A DNA stretch of 64,000 nt from Candidatus Wolframiiraptor sinensis (GTDB lineage: Archaea > Thermoproteota > Nitrososphaeria_A > Caldarchaeales > Wolframiiraptoraceae). Under the pieces are notes generated by a model, which was not told the origin of the DNA, searched no databases, and worked only from the letters and a program-made list of their open reading frames with translations. Shown one piece after another: positions 1 to 9,976 of the stretch. A program made the position numbers and the translations under genes. The number at the start of each line of letters is the position of its first letter. The first letter of the stretch is position 1. The DNA lies in contig JALNKA010000002.1 in NCBI GenBank assembly GCA_023261815.1, positions 140,438 through 204,437 of the forward strand, given 5' to 3'.

Positions 1-129
1 AGATAGAGGGGGCAAGTGTCTCGATCGTCGAGGACCCGAAATACTCTGTCTGGAGGGGATGCATAGTATACGGCTACGCGGTTCCACACGACTACGAGTG
101 GAGATGGGAGAGGATGGAGGGGTGGATGT

Positions 130-822
130 ATGTCGCGTAACCGCCTCAAGCCCGAGGATGTTATTTCGGCATTCTACGAGGAGGAGGGATTCTATGAGGT
201 CGAGAGAGGAAGTGATCCCGAGTCGCTCTACTCGAGCAGGCTCATATTATCTGATGGATTCAGGGAGGTGTTCGTGAGCATATTGGATGAGGATGCTTTA
301 ATGAGCAAGGGCGCTCTTCAAGATGCCCTCCTGCACGCCGAGAAGATGAAGTCCAAGTTCGATGGAGTCTGCATAGCCATACCGCGAAAATACGCCAAGA
401 TGATAGATGAGAACGTCATGATGCTGCATGGCTTCGGGCTGATAATCTACGACAAGATGGGAGCCGAGGAAATAATTCCGCCTAGGCTTGCGATAAGGAG
501 AGAGGGCTCGGAGAAGCAGGAAGTGCGCGAGCAGGCTGCGCTCGCCGGCGCTCAGGAGATCGTCGAGCTGAAGAGGCAGATCTCCAAGCTACTCCGAGTA
601 ATCGAGGAGCTCGAGGCGAGGCTCGATAGGCTCGAGAAAGATCACAAGGAGATCGTCGAGAAAGTGAGCAGAATCGAGAGAAGCGGCTTGACGCCGCCCA
701 CGGCGAGGAAAGGGGTTGAGAGCGCCGAGGCCAGGCCGCGTGTGGAGGTGAAGCCGCGGGGAAGCCTCCCTTCATACCTCATAGACAATCCATGGGTTGA
801 GATCCTGTCGCGGAGGGAGTAG
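130..822 (+). CDS. hypothetical protein with N-terminal globular domain and central coiled coil
   Basis: 230-aa ORF. Heptad-like charged repeats (ELKRQISKLLRVIEELEARLDRLEKDHKEIVEKV). I recognise no catalytic motif. It ends with TAG at 820-822, immediately in frame with the following MBL gene. Confidence 0.45.
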   Translation: MSRNRLKPEDVISAFYEEEGFYEVERGSDPESLYSSRLILSDGFREVFVSILDEDALMSKGALQDALLHAEKMKSKFDGVCIAIPRKYAKMIDENVMMLHGFGLIIYDKMGAEEIIPPRLAIRREGSEKQEVREQAALAGAQEIVELKRQISKLLRVIEELEARLDRLEKDHKEIVEKVSRIERSGLTPPTARKGVESAEARPRVEVKPRGSLPSYLIDNPWVEILSRRE

Positions 823-903
823 CGGCTGCCGAGGCTGACCTTTCTGGGAACGGGCTCGATAATACCCACAAGTCAGAGGTTCTCCTCGGGAATACTGCTC
901 GAG

Positions 904-1590
904 GTGGATGATGGGCCTAGAATCCTCCTCGATATAGGGCCGGGAATCTTGGAGAAGCTCAGGAGGGCTGGCGTGGATCCCGGAAGCATCAACATCATCT
1001 TGGTAACGCATCTGCATCTCGATCATGTCTCAGATCTCCTTCCATTCATTAAGCTTAGAGCCCTATGCTGCAGGAAGCCATTCAGGGTCTTCGGGCCCCC
1101 GGGCATCGCGAGGATGCTAAACCTCATGATCTCCGATCGAGACCTATTCGGCTACTTATCGGACTTGGGCTGCCATGATCTTCTAGACATCCACGAGATC
1201 TGGGATGATATGGTGGAGCTCGAGCCCGGCATCAGCTTAAGATCCAAGCCCGTGGAGCACTTCAATGGGGTTGCATACAGGATAGACCTGCCGTCGGCAT
1301 CGATAACATATTCCGGAGATGCGGTGCCTGATCCGAGGCTCGTGGAGCTCGCCCGCGGAACAAGAGTCCTAATCCACGAGTGCTCCTTCCCGGCGGATAA
1401 GCTTAAGGGCAAGCATACGTCGGCGGAAGACCTCCTGAGAATAGCGATCGAGGTGAACCCGGAGATCCTGATATTGACGCACCTCTACCCGGAGATGGAG
1501 GAGGAGCTTCGAGGCTACCTAGAAAAGCTCGGCGAAAAGTTTGGTGGAAGGGTTTACGCTCCAATGGATTTGGACGTGATCGAGGTGTGA
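904..1590 (+). CDS. MBL-fold metallo-hydrolase (RNase Z-like paralog)
   Basis: HxHxDH motif (THLHLDHVSD) with downstream conserved His and Asp residues. The ORF track starts at GTG 904, but the conserved N-terminal strand LTFLGTGSIIP is encoded from 823 with no ATG, GTG or TTG in frame. See findings. Confidence 0.7.
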   Translation: MDDGPRILLDIGPGILEKLRRAGVDPGSINIILVTHLHLDHVSDLLPFIKLRALCCRKPFRVFGPPGIARMLNLMISDRDLFGYLSDLGCHDLLDIHEIWDDMVELEPGISLRSKPVEHFNGVAYRIDLPSASITYSGDAVPDPRLVELARGTRVLIHECSFPADKLKGKHTSAEDLLRIAIEVNPEILILTHLYPEMEEELRGYLEKLGEKFGGRVYAPMDLDVIEV

Positions 1591-1695
1591 CTTAGGTAAT
1601 CCTCGAGAATGTTACCGGGTGCTCGCAGGATGCTCAATCGAGAGGAAATTTCTTTAATCCCTTTGATCCGAGCCTGATGGGGCTGGTGACGGCAT

Positions 1696-2217
1696 TTGAT
1701 CCTGAGCGACTTCGATCTCTGGAACTACATCAGGAGCGGGAGGCTCGTGATAGAGCCCTTCAGGGATGATGTTGTTAGGGAGAATGGGCTCGACTTGAGA
1801 ATCGGGAGGCAGATAGCTAGGCTCAAGCCCGTAGATAAGATCTTGGATGTCCACGGTAGCGATGTCTCCGAGTTCTACGAGATCGAGGAGGGAGATAGCT
1901 TCGTGATCAGGCCCAGGGAGCACGTCCTCCTCCACACGATAGAATACATCAAGCTCCCTTTAGACCTGATGGGGTTCGTGAACCTGAGGAGTAGCTATGC
2001 GAGGATAGGCTTAACGATACCGCCGACGATAATTGACGCGAACTTCGAGGGCCAGCTGACGATAGAGCTCGTCGGAGGAGAATTCCCGGTCAAGCTCTAC
2101 TCGGGCGATAGATTCCTTCACGTCGTCTTCGCGAAGCTCTCATCCCCGGTTGAGAAGCCCTATGCGGGCAAGTATCAGGGCCAGAGGGGCGTGAGGCTTC
2201 CCTCATTCAGGGACTAA
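1696..2217 (+). CDS. dcd: dCTP deaminase (dUTPase-fold)
   Basis: 173 aa. The N-terminus MILSDFDLWNYIRSGRLVIEPF is typical of archaeal Dcd, with the dUTPase-like fold motifs GLDLRIG and TIPPTIID. Confidence 0.8.
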   Translation: MILSDFDLWNYIRSGRLVIEPFRDDVVRENGLDLRIGRQIARLKPVDKILDVHGSDVSEFYEIEEGDSFVIRPREHVLLHTIEYIKLPLDLMGFVNLRSSYARIGLTIPPTIIDANFEGQLTIELVGGEFPVKLYSGDRFLHVVFAKLSSPVEKPYAGKYQGQRGVRLPSFRD

Positions 2218-2267
2218 GCCGCGGGAATCCTTTTTAAAGCGATTCATGATCTCACCCATGGATACCC

Positions 2268-3419
2268 TTGTGGGTTAGGGTGATCAGGCCCGACGCGATC
2301 CTAGTCTGGAATGATCCTGAGGTACGGAGGAGGCTCAGCTGGTACCGCTCCGTCATGCTGGATGAGACTCCGGCAAAGTTCATGATCGTCAGGTCCATCA
2401 GGGCTCCGGGCAACATCTCCGAGCTGAGCGAGGATGAGCTCTGGAAAATTCACGACGAGCTGCAGCAGGACGCGGAGGAGCTCTTCAAGCAAATGCGCGG
2501 CTCCGGGGTCGATGAGGATAGGCTTAAGCCGGCCAGCCCATCATACCTCGACCTGAAGATAGAGATCGCTAGAAGGATGCTGAGAAGATGCAGGTTCTGC
2601 GAGTGGAGGTGCGAGGTCGATAGGCTCTCGGGGCAGAGGGGGGTCTGCGGCTTAAGGGATGAGGCGTATGTCGCCTCATTCTTCCACCATCATGGCGAGG
2701 AGGCGCCGCTAATCGGGACGGAGGGGCAAGGCGGATCCGGGACGATATTCTTCGTCTCATGCAACTTTCACTGCGTCTTCTGCCAGAACTGGGATATCTC
2801 GCATCCTAGGGGAGGGTTTGAGGTGGCTGGGGTGAGGGTTGATGCGCGGAGGCTGGCGTTGATAGCGAAGAACCTGAGGCTCGGAGGAGCCGCGAACATA
2901 AACTACGTCGGCGGAGACCCGACGCCCAATACCTGGATCATAATAGAGTCGCTGAAGTATCTGGACGTGAATGCTCCCATACTCTGGAATAGCAACATGT
3001 ACCTCAGCATGGAGTCCATGAAGCTCCTGCTAGACCTGGTGGATATATGGCTTCCAGACTTCAAGTATTGGAGTAATGAGTGCGCCGCGAGGCTGTCGAA
3101 TGTCCGCGGTAAGCTGGGCTATAGGGAGGCTGTCACGAGAAATCATCTCATAGCTGCGAGACATGGAGACATGATTATTAGGCACCTCGTCCTACCAAAT
3201 CACCTCGAATGCGATACCAAGCCGATCCTGAAGTGGATCGCCGAGAACATTGGAGACCGCGTTCTAGTGAATATCATGGAGCAGTATAGGCCTGAGCACC
3301 TGGTCCTAACAAATCCCGAGAAGTATCCCGATATCGCTAGGAGGACGAGCTGGGATGAGATGCAGGAAGCTTACCGCTACGCCGAGGAGCTCGGGATAGT
3401 CTTTCGCCCCGTCTCCTAG
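2268..3419 (+). CDS. radical SAM protein, PflX family (pyruvate formate-lyase activating enzyme homolog)
   Basis: CNFHCVFCQNWDIS matches the CxxxCxxC radical-SAM cluster motif in the COG1313 context. The 383-aa length is typical. Confidence 0.75.
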   Translation: MWVRVIRPDAILVWNDPEVRRRLSWYRSVMLDETPAKFMIVRSIRAPGNISELSEDELWKIHDELQQDAEELFKQMRGSGVDEDRLKPASPSYLDLKIEIARRMLRRCRFCEWRCEVDRLSGQRGVCGLRDEAYVASFFHHHGEEAPLIGTEGQGGSGTIFFVSCNFHCVFCQNWDISHPRGGFEVAGVRVDARRLALIAKNLRLGGAANINYVGGDPTPNTWIIIESLKYLDVNAPILWNSNMYLSMESMKLLLDLVDIWLPDFKYWSNECAARLSNVRGKLGYREAVTRNHLIAARHGDMIIRHLVLPNHLECDTKPILKWIAENIGDRVLVNIMEQYRPEHLVLTNPEKYPDIARRTSWDEMQEAYRYAEELGIVFRPVS

Positions 3420-3426
3420 CCAAGCC

Positions 3427-4083
3427 CTACTCTTTCTCCAGGATCACTACCTCGACTTTAGCCAGCTCCTTGAACCTCTCCGCGTCGGCCCTCGACCCGA
3501 CTATCGCGCCATAGTGCATGGGTATCGCTATCTTGGGCTTGAAGACGTTTACTGCCTCGGCCGCCTCCTCAGCCGTCATCACGAATGTCCCGCTAACCGG
3601 AACGAGCGCTATATCGACCTTCAGGCTCCTCATCTCGGGGATGAAGTCCGTATCTCCAGCATGGTATATCCTGACGCCGTCGAGCTCGAGAATGTATCCC
3701 ACTGAGCCCTCCTCCTTCGGGTGATAGACGACTCCGGGTGCTCTGAACTTGTTCACATTATAGGCTGGAACAGCCTCGATCCTAACGCCCTTGACCTCCG
3801 CGATGTCGCCCGGCTTCACGAGCCTTATCACGCCGGTTTTCAGGAGCCTGAGCTTATCCCGGCAATTCTCCGGCGCTATGAGATAAGTCTCAGGCTTAAT
3901 CACCTTTCTGATGTCCTCTAGGCTCAGATGATCGAAGTGCTCATGGGATACTAGGATTATGTCGGCTCTTCCCTTCGGCTGTATATTGAACGGGTCCATG
4001 TAAATGATATTTCCGCGGTGGGAGATCATGAACGCCGCGTGGCCGAGCCAAATAATCTCAACCTCACCGTACTTGAAGGGCAT
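3427..4083 (-). CDS. MBL-fold metal-dependent hydrolase (UPF0173/COG2220-like)
   Basis: 218 aa. HxHxDH motif (VSHEHFDHL) and a conserved Asp/His pattern (AIPMHYG). Confidence 0.7.
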   Translation of the reverse strand: MPFKYGEVEIIWLGHAAFMISHRGNIIYMDPFNIQPKGRADIILVSHEHFDHLSLEDIRKVIKPETYLIAPENCRDKLRLLKTGVIRLVKPGDIAEVKGVRIEAVPAYNVNKFRAPGVVYHPKEEGSVGYILELDGVRIYHAGDTDFIPEMRSLKVDIALVPVSGTFVMTAEEAAEAVNVFKPKIAIPMHYGAIVGSRADAERFKELAKVEVVILEKE

Positions 4084-4287
4084 GCTAATACATTCGGGAG
4101 GAATCTTAAAAGATTTCCCCGCGCGGAGAGGACATTTTCCTTAGCCGAGCCTCGGATGAGAAGCACCATTAACAAGTACCCGGAGCGCAGAATATGGAGC
4201 ATGCGGAAGAGCTTATAGGGGTTACATAGAATCCATATGTGAAGCTTAAAAATATCATAAGCTGAATTCTTATTTGTTGCGGGCTAT

Positions 4288-4842
4288 ATGACTTGGTGGT
4301 ATAGCCTGCTGGATATCGCGATAGGGATATTACAGCTGATTCTGGGCGTGACCTTGGCGCTATTCAGCATAACCATAGCCCTTAACATCTTGGATAGGAC
4401 CACCAAGACGATAAACGAGTTCGAGGAGATACGCAAGAAAAACATGGCGGTGGCGATATACATCGCCGGGATATTGATAGCCGTTGGAAACGTCGTCGGA
4501 CAGGCGGTGACCGGCATAAGCAGAGGAGTCGTACCGGGGCAATTCAACCTGGCCGCGCTAATAGCAGGCCTTATTCAGCTATTCATAGGCCTGCCGCTAG
4601 CAATAGTGCTGATAGTATGGGCTCAGTCGAGGGTCTATAGATGGCTCGTGAAGGCTGCTGAGAAGCTGCCGGGAGTAGCGGACATAAAGGAATTCGACAT
4701 AGAGGCTGAGCTGAGGAACGGAAACATCGCGACGGCGATAATATTGTTTGGAACCTTCGTCGCGATCTCTCTAGTCGCGAGCCAAGGCGTGGCCTGGCTC
4801 TCGGAGCCGCTGGCCTCCGCAATACTACGCCTAATAAGCTAA
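4288..4842 (+). CDS. membrane protein, probable tandem DUF350 domains
   Basis: 184 aa. Four predicted TM segments in two similar halves (ILQLILGVTLALFSITIALNIL and IQLFIGLPLAIVLIVWA). Confidence 0.45.
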   Translation: MTWWYSLLDIAIGILQLILGVTLALFSITIALNILDRTTKTINEFEEIRKKNMAVAIYIAGILIAVGNVVGQAVTGISRGVVPGQFNLAALIAGLIQLFIGLPLAIVLIVWAQSRVYRWLVKAAEKLPGVADIKEFDIEAELRNGNIATAIILFGTFVAISLVASQGVAWLSEPLASAILRLIS

Positions 4843-5199
4843 ATGAATCTCTTTCCCAAATTATTTTTCCCGAATTATGGTATAATGAGCGCGGTTTCTA
4901 GCCCACTGCATCATAAGAGGCGGATAATACGGCTCCCGGCATTCTTTTATGCCCCTTAGGCACTTAATTGACGTTATGAGGTGTCTTCGATGACTCTTCA
5001 AGCCCAAGATGAGCTAACTCCTGCAGAGATCGCCAAGAATATCTCCAAGTCGATAGCCAAATTGGTCATCTACATAGTTCTGTACATCGGGTGTCGGTGC
5101 TCACGAAATACTTGATCTCGGATATCTCCTAAAGCTCGGGGTAAGTGTAGGGGAGTATGAAGTTTACGCGCAGATCTCCTAGCCCTAGCCTTCGGCTTC

Positions 5200-5604
5200 A
5201 TGATCGCCGGCGCCATGGCAGGCTTCTTTTACTGGTCCACCATCGGGAAGTATGGCCATTCGACAGCAGCCGCCATTAGAAATGTTGTTAGATTCATGGG
5301 CATCGGAGGAATGCTCGCGGCCATAGCCGGCGGAGCAGCAGGTGTGACTCTCGGCAGCTTCATCGGCATGGTGATAGGCTTCGCATCCCAGCAGGTTTTG
5401 GGGCAAACGATGGCCGGGCTATTTCTTCTAATAGCTAGGCCATCTAAGATAGGCGACTCGATGATCATAGCGGGCGAGGAGGGCGTGGTGGAAGACATTA
5501 CAACGCTATTCACGATGCTGAGTAAAGCGGATGGAATCAAGGTTCTGATACCCAATAACGCGATAATAGGAGAAAAGATACTCTTGAAGCCCAGGGAGCA
5601 GTGA
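5200..5604 (+). CDS. MscS-like mechanosensitive channel domain protein (truncated form, possible gene remnant)
   Basis: It carries the pore-lining TM3 plus the beginning of the beta-domain (GDSMIIAGEEGVVEDITTLFTMLSKADGIKVLIPNNAIIGEKI). It lacks the C-terminal alpha/beta domain. A 42-aa TM1-like ORF (4990-5115) lies upstream in the same frame, separated by two stop codons. Confidence 0.5.
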   Translation: MIAGAMAGFFYWSTIGKYGHSTAAAIRNVVRFMGIGGMLAAIAGGAAGVTLGSFIGMVIGFASQQVLGQTMAGLFLLIARPSKIGDSMIIAGEEGVVEDITTLFTMLSKADGIKVLIPNNAIIGEKILLKPREQ

Positions 5605-5628
5605 TCGATCAACTCCCCACATTTTATT

Positions 5629-6438
5629 TTGCAAGTTGATGGACGAGCCCCCGGAAAAATCGTAATTAGCTGGGTCGCTTATGGATGCTTGGCTTTGCTC
5701 GTGGACGTTCATTGTCATCTTACTGCACGGGAGTTTGAGGGCAGGGTGCTCCAAGTAGTTGAGGAGGCTGTTGAGGCCGGCGTGATGCTGATTATAACCT
5801 CCGGCCTGGGCTACCGGGATGCTCTCAAAGCCCTGGAGATATCAGATGGCGCGAGGGTTCATCCGTCGATCGGCGTGGCACCATACGATCTGGAGGGCTA
5901 CGAGGATGTTCTCGGGCTTATCGAGAGGGAGAGATCGAGGATAGTTGCTGTCGGCGAGGTCGGGCTTGACTACTGGCGCGGCGGCAGAGAGAGCAGAGCG
6001 CTCCAGCAGATGGTCTTCGAGGAGTTCATAGATCTAGCCAAGGCACTTGACTTGCCGATAATAGTTCACTCGAGGAGCGCGGGGAAGTATGCTCTCGAGA
6101 TTTTGTCACGCAAGAGGGCTGAGCGCGTGATCATGCACGCGTTTGATGGCAATGCATCTCACGCGGCCAGGGCCGCGCATAGGGGTTACATGTTCAGCAT
6201 ACCCCCATCGATCGCTAGGAGCAGGCAGAAGCAGAAGCTCGTCGAGAAGCTTCCACTGGAAAACATTCTCTTGGAGAGCGATGCCCCGGTCCTCGCGCCC
6301 TCGAGAGATGAGGTGAATCGCCCGAAAAACGTGAGGATCTCGGCAGAGTGGATAAGCAGGATCAAGGGGGTCTCGCTGGATAAGGTTGAGGAGAAGACCA
6401 CTCAAAATGCTCTCGAGCTATTCGGATTAAGGGTATGA
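5629..6438 (+). CDS. tatD: TatD-family metal-dependent hydrolase (DNase)
   Basis: VDVHCHL N-terminal His motif and later conserved His and Asp residues (IMHAF, ESDAPVLAP). 269 aa. Confidence 0.8.
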   Translation: MQVDGRAPGKIVISWVAYGCLALLVDVHCHLTAREFEGRVLQVVEEAVEAGVMLIITSGLGYRDALKALEISDGARVHPSIGVAPYDLEGYEDVLGLIERERSRIVAVGEVGLDYWRGGRESRALQQMVFEEFIDLAKALDLPIIVHSRSAGKYALEILSRKRAERVIMHAFDGNASHAARAAHRGYMFSIPPSIARSRQKQKLVEKLPLENILLESDAPVLAPSRDEVNRPKNVRISAEWISRIKGVSLDKVEEKTTQNALELFGLRV

Positions 6439-6521
6439 CCCGAGGAATCCGAGAAAGATCTAATTACCAGCCATGGCCTCTAACCTCCTAGGTGAGCTCT
6501 TTGAGCCTAAGAGAGGTATCA

Positions 6522-7481
6522 ATGCTACCATGGGTTGAGAAGTATAGGCCGAAATCCCTCGACGAGATAGTGGATCAGGAGGAGGTGGTCAGCAGCCTGA
6601 AAAACATACTCCAGACCAAGGCTGTTCCGCACATGCTCTTCGCGGGGCCGCCCGGTGTAGGGAAGACGGCGACGGCGCACGCGTTCGCAAGAGACCTCTT
6701 TGGCCCGAGTTACATCGACGATGGATACTTCTTAGAGATAAATGCCTCCGACGAGAGGGGGATCCAGACTATCAGGGAGAAGGTGAAGATGTTCGCGAGG
6801 CAGATACCCATGGGGGAGTACAGCTTCAAGATACTCTTTCTGGATGAGAGCGATCAGCTGACTGATGATGCCCAGCACGCGTTCAGGAGGGTCATGGAGC
6901 AGTTCTCGGCGACGTGTAGGTTCATACTCGCCGCCAACTACAGCAACAGGATAATCGAGCCGATACAGTCGAGGTGCGCGGTCTTCAGGTTCAAGCCCCT
7001 GAACAAGGCTCACGTAATCCAGTACCTCAAGCGGATAGCGAATAATGAGGGGCTCGAGGCCGATGATCAGGCTTACGAGGTGATCTACGACTTCTCGGAG
7101 GGCGATATGAGGAAGGCGATAAACATCCTTCAGGCATGCGCATCCATCTCCAAGAGAATCGAGGAAAAGACAGTTTACGAGGTCATGGGATACGTGAGCA
7201 GGGGCGAGGTAAGAAAAATACTCGAGCTCGCGCTATCCGGAAAGTTCACGGATGCTAGAGATGAGGTGAGGAGGCTCCTCTACGTGCAGGGAATCATGCC
7301 CAGCGACTTAATCTCGGCGATCTACCGCGAGCTCTTCTACATCGACTTGGATGAGGGCGACAAGCTTGAGCTACTGGACCTGCTCGGCGAGGTGGATTAC
7401 AGGATATCGGAGGGAGCCACTCCCGAGGTTCAGCTCATGGCTTTTCTCGCAAGGCTCGCGGCGAAGAGGAGGCGGACTTGA
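6522..7481 (+). CDS. rfcS: replication factor C small subunit
   Basis: MLPWVEKYRPKSLDEIV, Walker A GPPGVGKT, DEAD-like Walker B (FLDESDQL), and the SRC motif (SRCAVFRF). Confidence 0.9.
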   Translation: MLPWVEKYRPKSLDEIVDQEEVVSSLKNILQTKAVPHMLFAGPPGVGKTATAHAFARDLFGPSYIDDGYFLEINASDERGIQTIREKVKMFARQIPMGEYSFKILFLDESDQLTDDAQHAFRRVMEQFSATCRFILAANYSNRIIEPIQSRCAVFRFKPLNKAHVIQYLKRIANNEGLEADDQAYEVIYDFSEGDMRKAINILQACASISKRIEEKTVYEVMGYVSRGEVRKILELALSGKFTDARDEVRRLLYVQGIMPSDLISAIYRELFYIDLDEGDKLELLDLLGEVDYRISEGATPEVQLMAFLARLAAKRRRT

Positions 7482-7492
7482 GGGTGTGATCC

Positions 7493-8782
7493 TTGACGGA
7501 ACTCTGGGTTGAGAAGTATAGGCCGAAGCGGGTCGCCGATGTAGTCGGCAATAAGGAGTCCGTCGACGCCTTCGTGAAGTGGATGAAGCAGTGGGAGCTT
7601 GGGAGGCCGCCGGAGAAGAGGGCCGTTCTGCTCTACGGTCCGGCGGGCGTCGGGAAGACGAGCCTAGTCCTGGCCTATGGGAAGGAGCACGGCTACGACG
7701 TCATCGAGGTTAATGCGAGCGATTGGAGGGATGAGGCCAGGATGAAGGCCGTGGTCGGGGAGTCATCGCTCCAGGCCACGCTGGATGGCTCCACGAGGAA
7801 GATAATAGTCGTTGATGAGGTGGATGGCGTTGCCGGGAGGGAGGATGCCGGCGGGATAGCGGCGCTGAGCAGGATAATAGACGAGACGAGGGTTCCGCTG
7901 GCTCTCATAGCAAATAATCCATGGGATCCGAAGCTTGCCCCTATTAGGGAGAAGTGCTTGATGCTCGAGTTCAGGAGGCTGAGAAAGGCCGAGGTCGTGA
8001 AGAGGCTTAGGGAGATCGCTGAGATGGAGGGAGTCAAGGTGCCTGACGCGGTTCTGGAGAAGCTCGCCGAGATGAGTGAGGGAGATCTCAGGTCGGCGAT
8101 AAACGACTTCCAGGCCATAACCGGTGGCAGGAAAATCGTTGATGAAAAGGCCCTGGAAGCGCTAGGAGCGAGAAACAGGGTTAAGGAGATATTCGACGCC
8201 CTCAGAATGGTCTTCAACGCGAAGTCGATAAGGGCTGCTAGAGCCGCGCTGGAGGGCCTCGAGGTAGATCTCGACATGATCTACACTTGGATACTTGATA
8301 ACACGCCCGATCAGATCCCAGATCCATCCGATCTGGCCGATGCCTTCGAGGCGCTGGCTAGAGCTGACGTGATGCTCGCGAGGGTGAATAGGAGGCAGGA
8401 GTGGAGGCTAATGCGCTACGCCATTCCAGTGATGACCGGCGGCGTTGCGCTCGCGAGAAGGCATAAGCCCTCGGGCTTCGTGAAATTCACTTTCCCACCG
8501 AGAATCAGGTTCCTCCAGTCGACGAGCGCGGAGAGGGAGCTGAGGAGATCCATAGCCCAGAAGATCGCGGCCAAGCTGCATCTCTCGACGTCCAAGGCGT
8601 TGAGCCAGATGCTGCCATACATCTCATTCATAATGGCTAATGATGGGGGGATGGGCGACGCCATGGCGAGATACTTCGAGTTCACGGCATCCGAGGTGGC
8701 ATATCTCCGAGGAGGAGAAGTCGAAAAAGTCGAGAAAGCTGGAGCGCGCAGAAGAGTGAGCCGCAGGGCGAGGAAGAGCTAG
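7493..8782 (+). CDS. rfcL: replication factor C large subunit
   Basis: LWVEKYRPK N-terminus, Walker A GPAGVGKT, Walker B VVDEVDG, and a Lys/Arg-rich C-terminus. 429 aa. Confidence 0.85.
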   Translation: MTELWVEKYRPKRVADVVGNKESVDAFVKWMKQWELGRPPEKRAVLLYGPAGVGKTSLVLAYGKEHGYDVIEVNASDWRDEARMKAVVGESSLQATLDGSTRKIIVVDEVDGVAGREDAGGIAALSRIIDETRVPLALIANNPWDPKLAPIREKCLMLEFRRLRKAEVVKRLREIAEMEGVKVPDAVLEKLAEMSEGDLRSAINDFQAITGGRKIVDEKALEALGARNRVKEIFDALRMVFNAKSIRAARAALEGLEVDLDMIYTWILDNTPDQIPDPSDLADAFEALARADVMLARVNRRQEWRLMRYAIPVMTGGVALARRHKPSGFVKFTFPPRIRFLQSTSAERELRRSIAQKIAAKLHLSTSKALSQMLPYISFIMANDGGMGDAMARYFEFTASEVAYLRGGEVEKVEKAGARRRVSRRARKS

Positions 8783-9939
8783 AGCTGCCTTCTCCTCAGT
8801 ATTGACTCGAGCTCGGCTTGGAGTATCGTCGCCGGGATTCCCGGGAGCGAGACGTATGATCTTCTCCCCTTAGCCCCCTCGCTTCTCACGTTTATCCTGA
8901 TTATTCCCAGGTCGTCGAGCCTCTGGAGATGCTCCCAGAAGCTCGTGTAGGCTCTAGGCTCGGCCGAGTATTCCTCGCAGACGAGCTGATAGTTCTGATA
9001 CAGGTCCGCTGCCGTGACGTATGCTTGCCCGCCTTGAAGCCCTCTCGTGAGCGCCAGTAGGATTAGCCGCTCATGCTGGCTGAGGAACTCGAGGTGCTCC
9101 CTTCTTATCGCCGGGTAAATGCTCGCCGCAGCCTTTCTCACGTGCTCCGGAGCGATCACTCTTGAGCTCTCGGCCTCAGCGTATTTTCCAGCCCTCCATA
9201 ATATATCGAGGGCGTATCTCGCGTCTCCCCTCTCGCCTGCCAGATCCGCGATGAGCCGCAGCGACTCCTCTAGGAGGACTCCGGGCATCAGCGCCTCCTC
9301 AGCCCTGAACTTGAGGATATCGTATAGCTGGCCGCTATCGTACTCGCTCAGGTGTATGATGTTTCCTAGGAGGGAGCTTCTGGTGCTCTCATCCAGCAGG
9401 TCGAAGATCTCGGGGTTCCTGGTGATCAGTATCGTCGAGATTCTCGGAGGCCTCTCCCTCTCCTCACCTATCCTGCTCAGCAGGTATAGGAGGTCCTCGC
9501 CCCTGCTTATCAGCAAATCCACCTCGTCTAAGGCGATGATCGCGTAAATGTCCTTCAGCTCGAGGTAGTTTAGGATTCTGTGGAGAAGCTCCTCATTCGC
9601 GAAGCCCCGCGCCCCAATCCTGGCCCTGAGCTGCTCGATGAGCCTAGAAAGTATCAGGAACGTGCTCCTGCTTATCCTGCAGTTCACGTAAAGAAACCTC
9701 AGGTTTACGCCGCTTCTCCTCGCCTCCTCCTCGGCCGTGGCACCGAATAGCTTGACGAGCGCGCTCTTTCCGGTTCCAACGGAGCCGGTCACGATAACCC
9801 TCGTGGATATTGTGGAGGAGCCGGATATCACTCCGCTGAAAAACGTTTTGAGAAGCCTGAACTCGGCATCCCTGTGCGGGAGCCTGCTCGGAATATAGTC
9901 TGGGGAAAGCTTCTCCTCGGCCTTGAAGACCCTCACCAT
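8779..9939 (-). CDS. cdc6: Orc1/Cdc6 replication initiator
   Basis: LPHRDAEFRLL sensor region, Walker A GSVGTGKS, Walker B IIALDEVD, and a C-terminal winged-helix domain. 386 aa. Its stop overlaps the rfcL stop in a convergent arrangement. Confidence 0.9.
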   Translation of the reverse strand: MVRVFKAEEKLSPDYIPSRLPHRDAEFRLLKTFFSGVISGSSTISTRVIVTGSVGTGKSALVKLFGATAEEEARRSGVNLRFLYVNCRISRSTFLILSRLIEQLRARIGARGFANEELLHRILNYLELKDIYAIIALDEVDLLISRGEDLLYLLSRIGEERERPPRISTILITRNPEIFDLLDESTRSSLLGNIIHLSEYDSGQLYDILKFRAEEALMPGVLLEESLRLIADLAGERGDARYALDILWRAGKYAEAESSRVIAPEHVRKAAASIYPAIRREHLEFLSQHERLILLALTRGLQGGQAYVTAADLYQNYQLVCEEYSAEPRAYTSFWEHLQRLDDLGIIRINVRSEGAKGRRSYVSLPGIPATILQAELESILRRRQL

Positions 9940-9976
9940 GACCTCACTTTGATCCGGCGCGAAGCCCCATTAAAAG

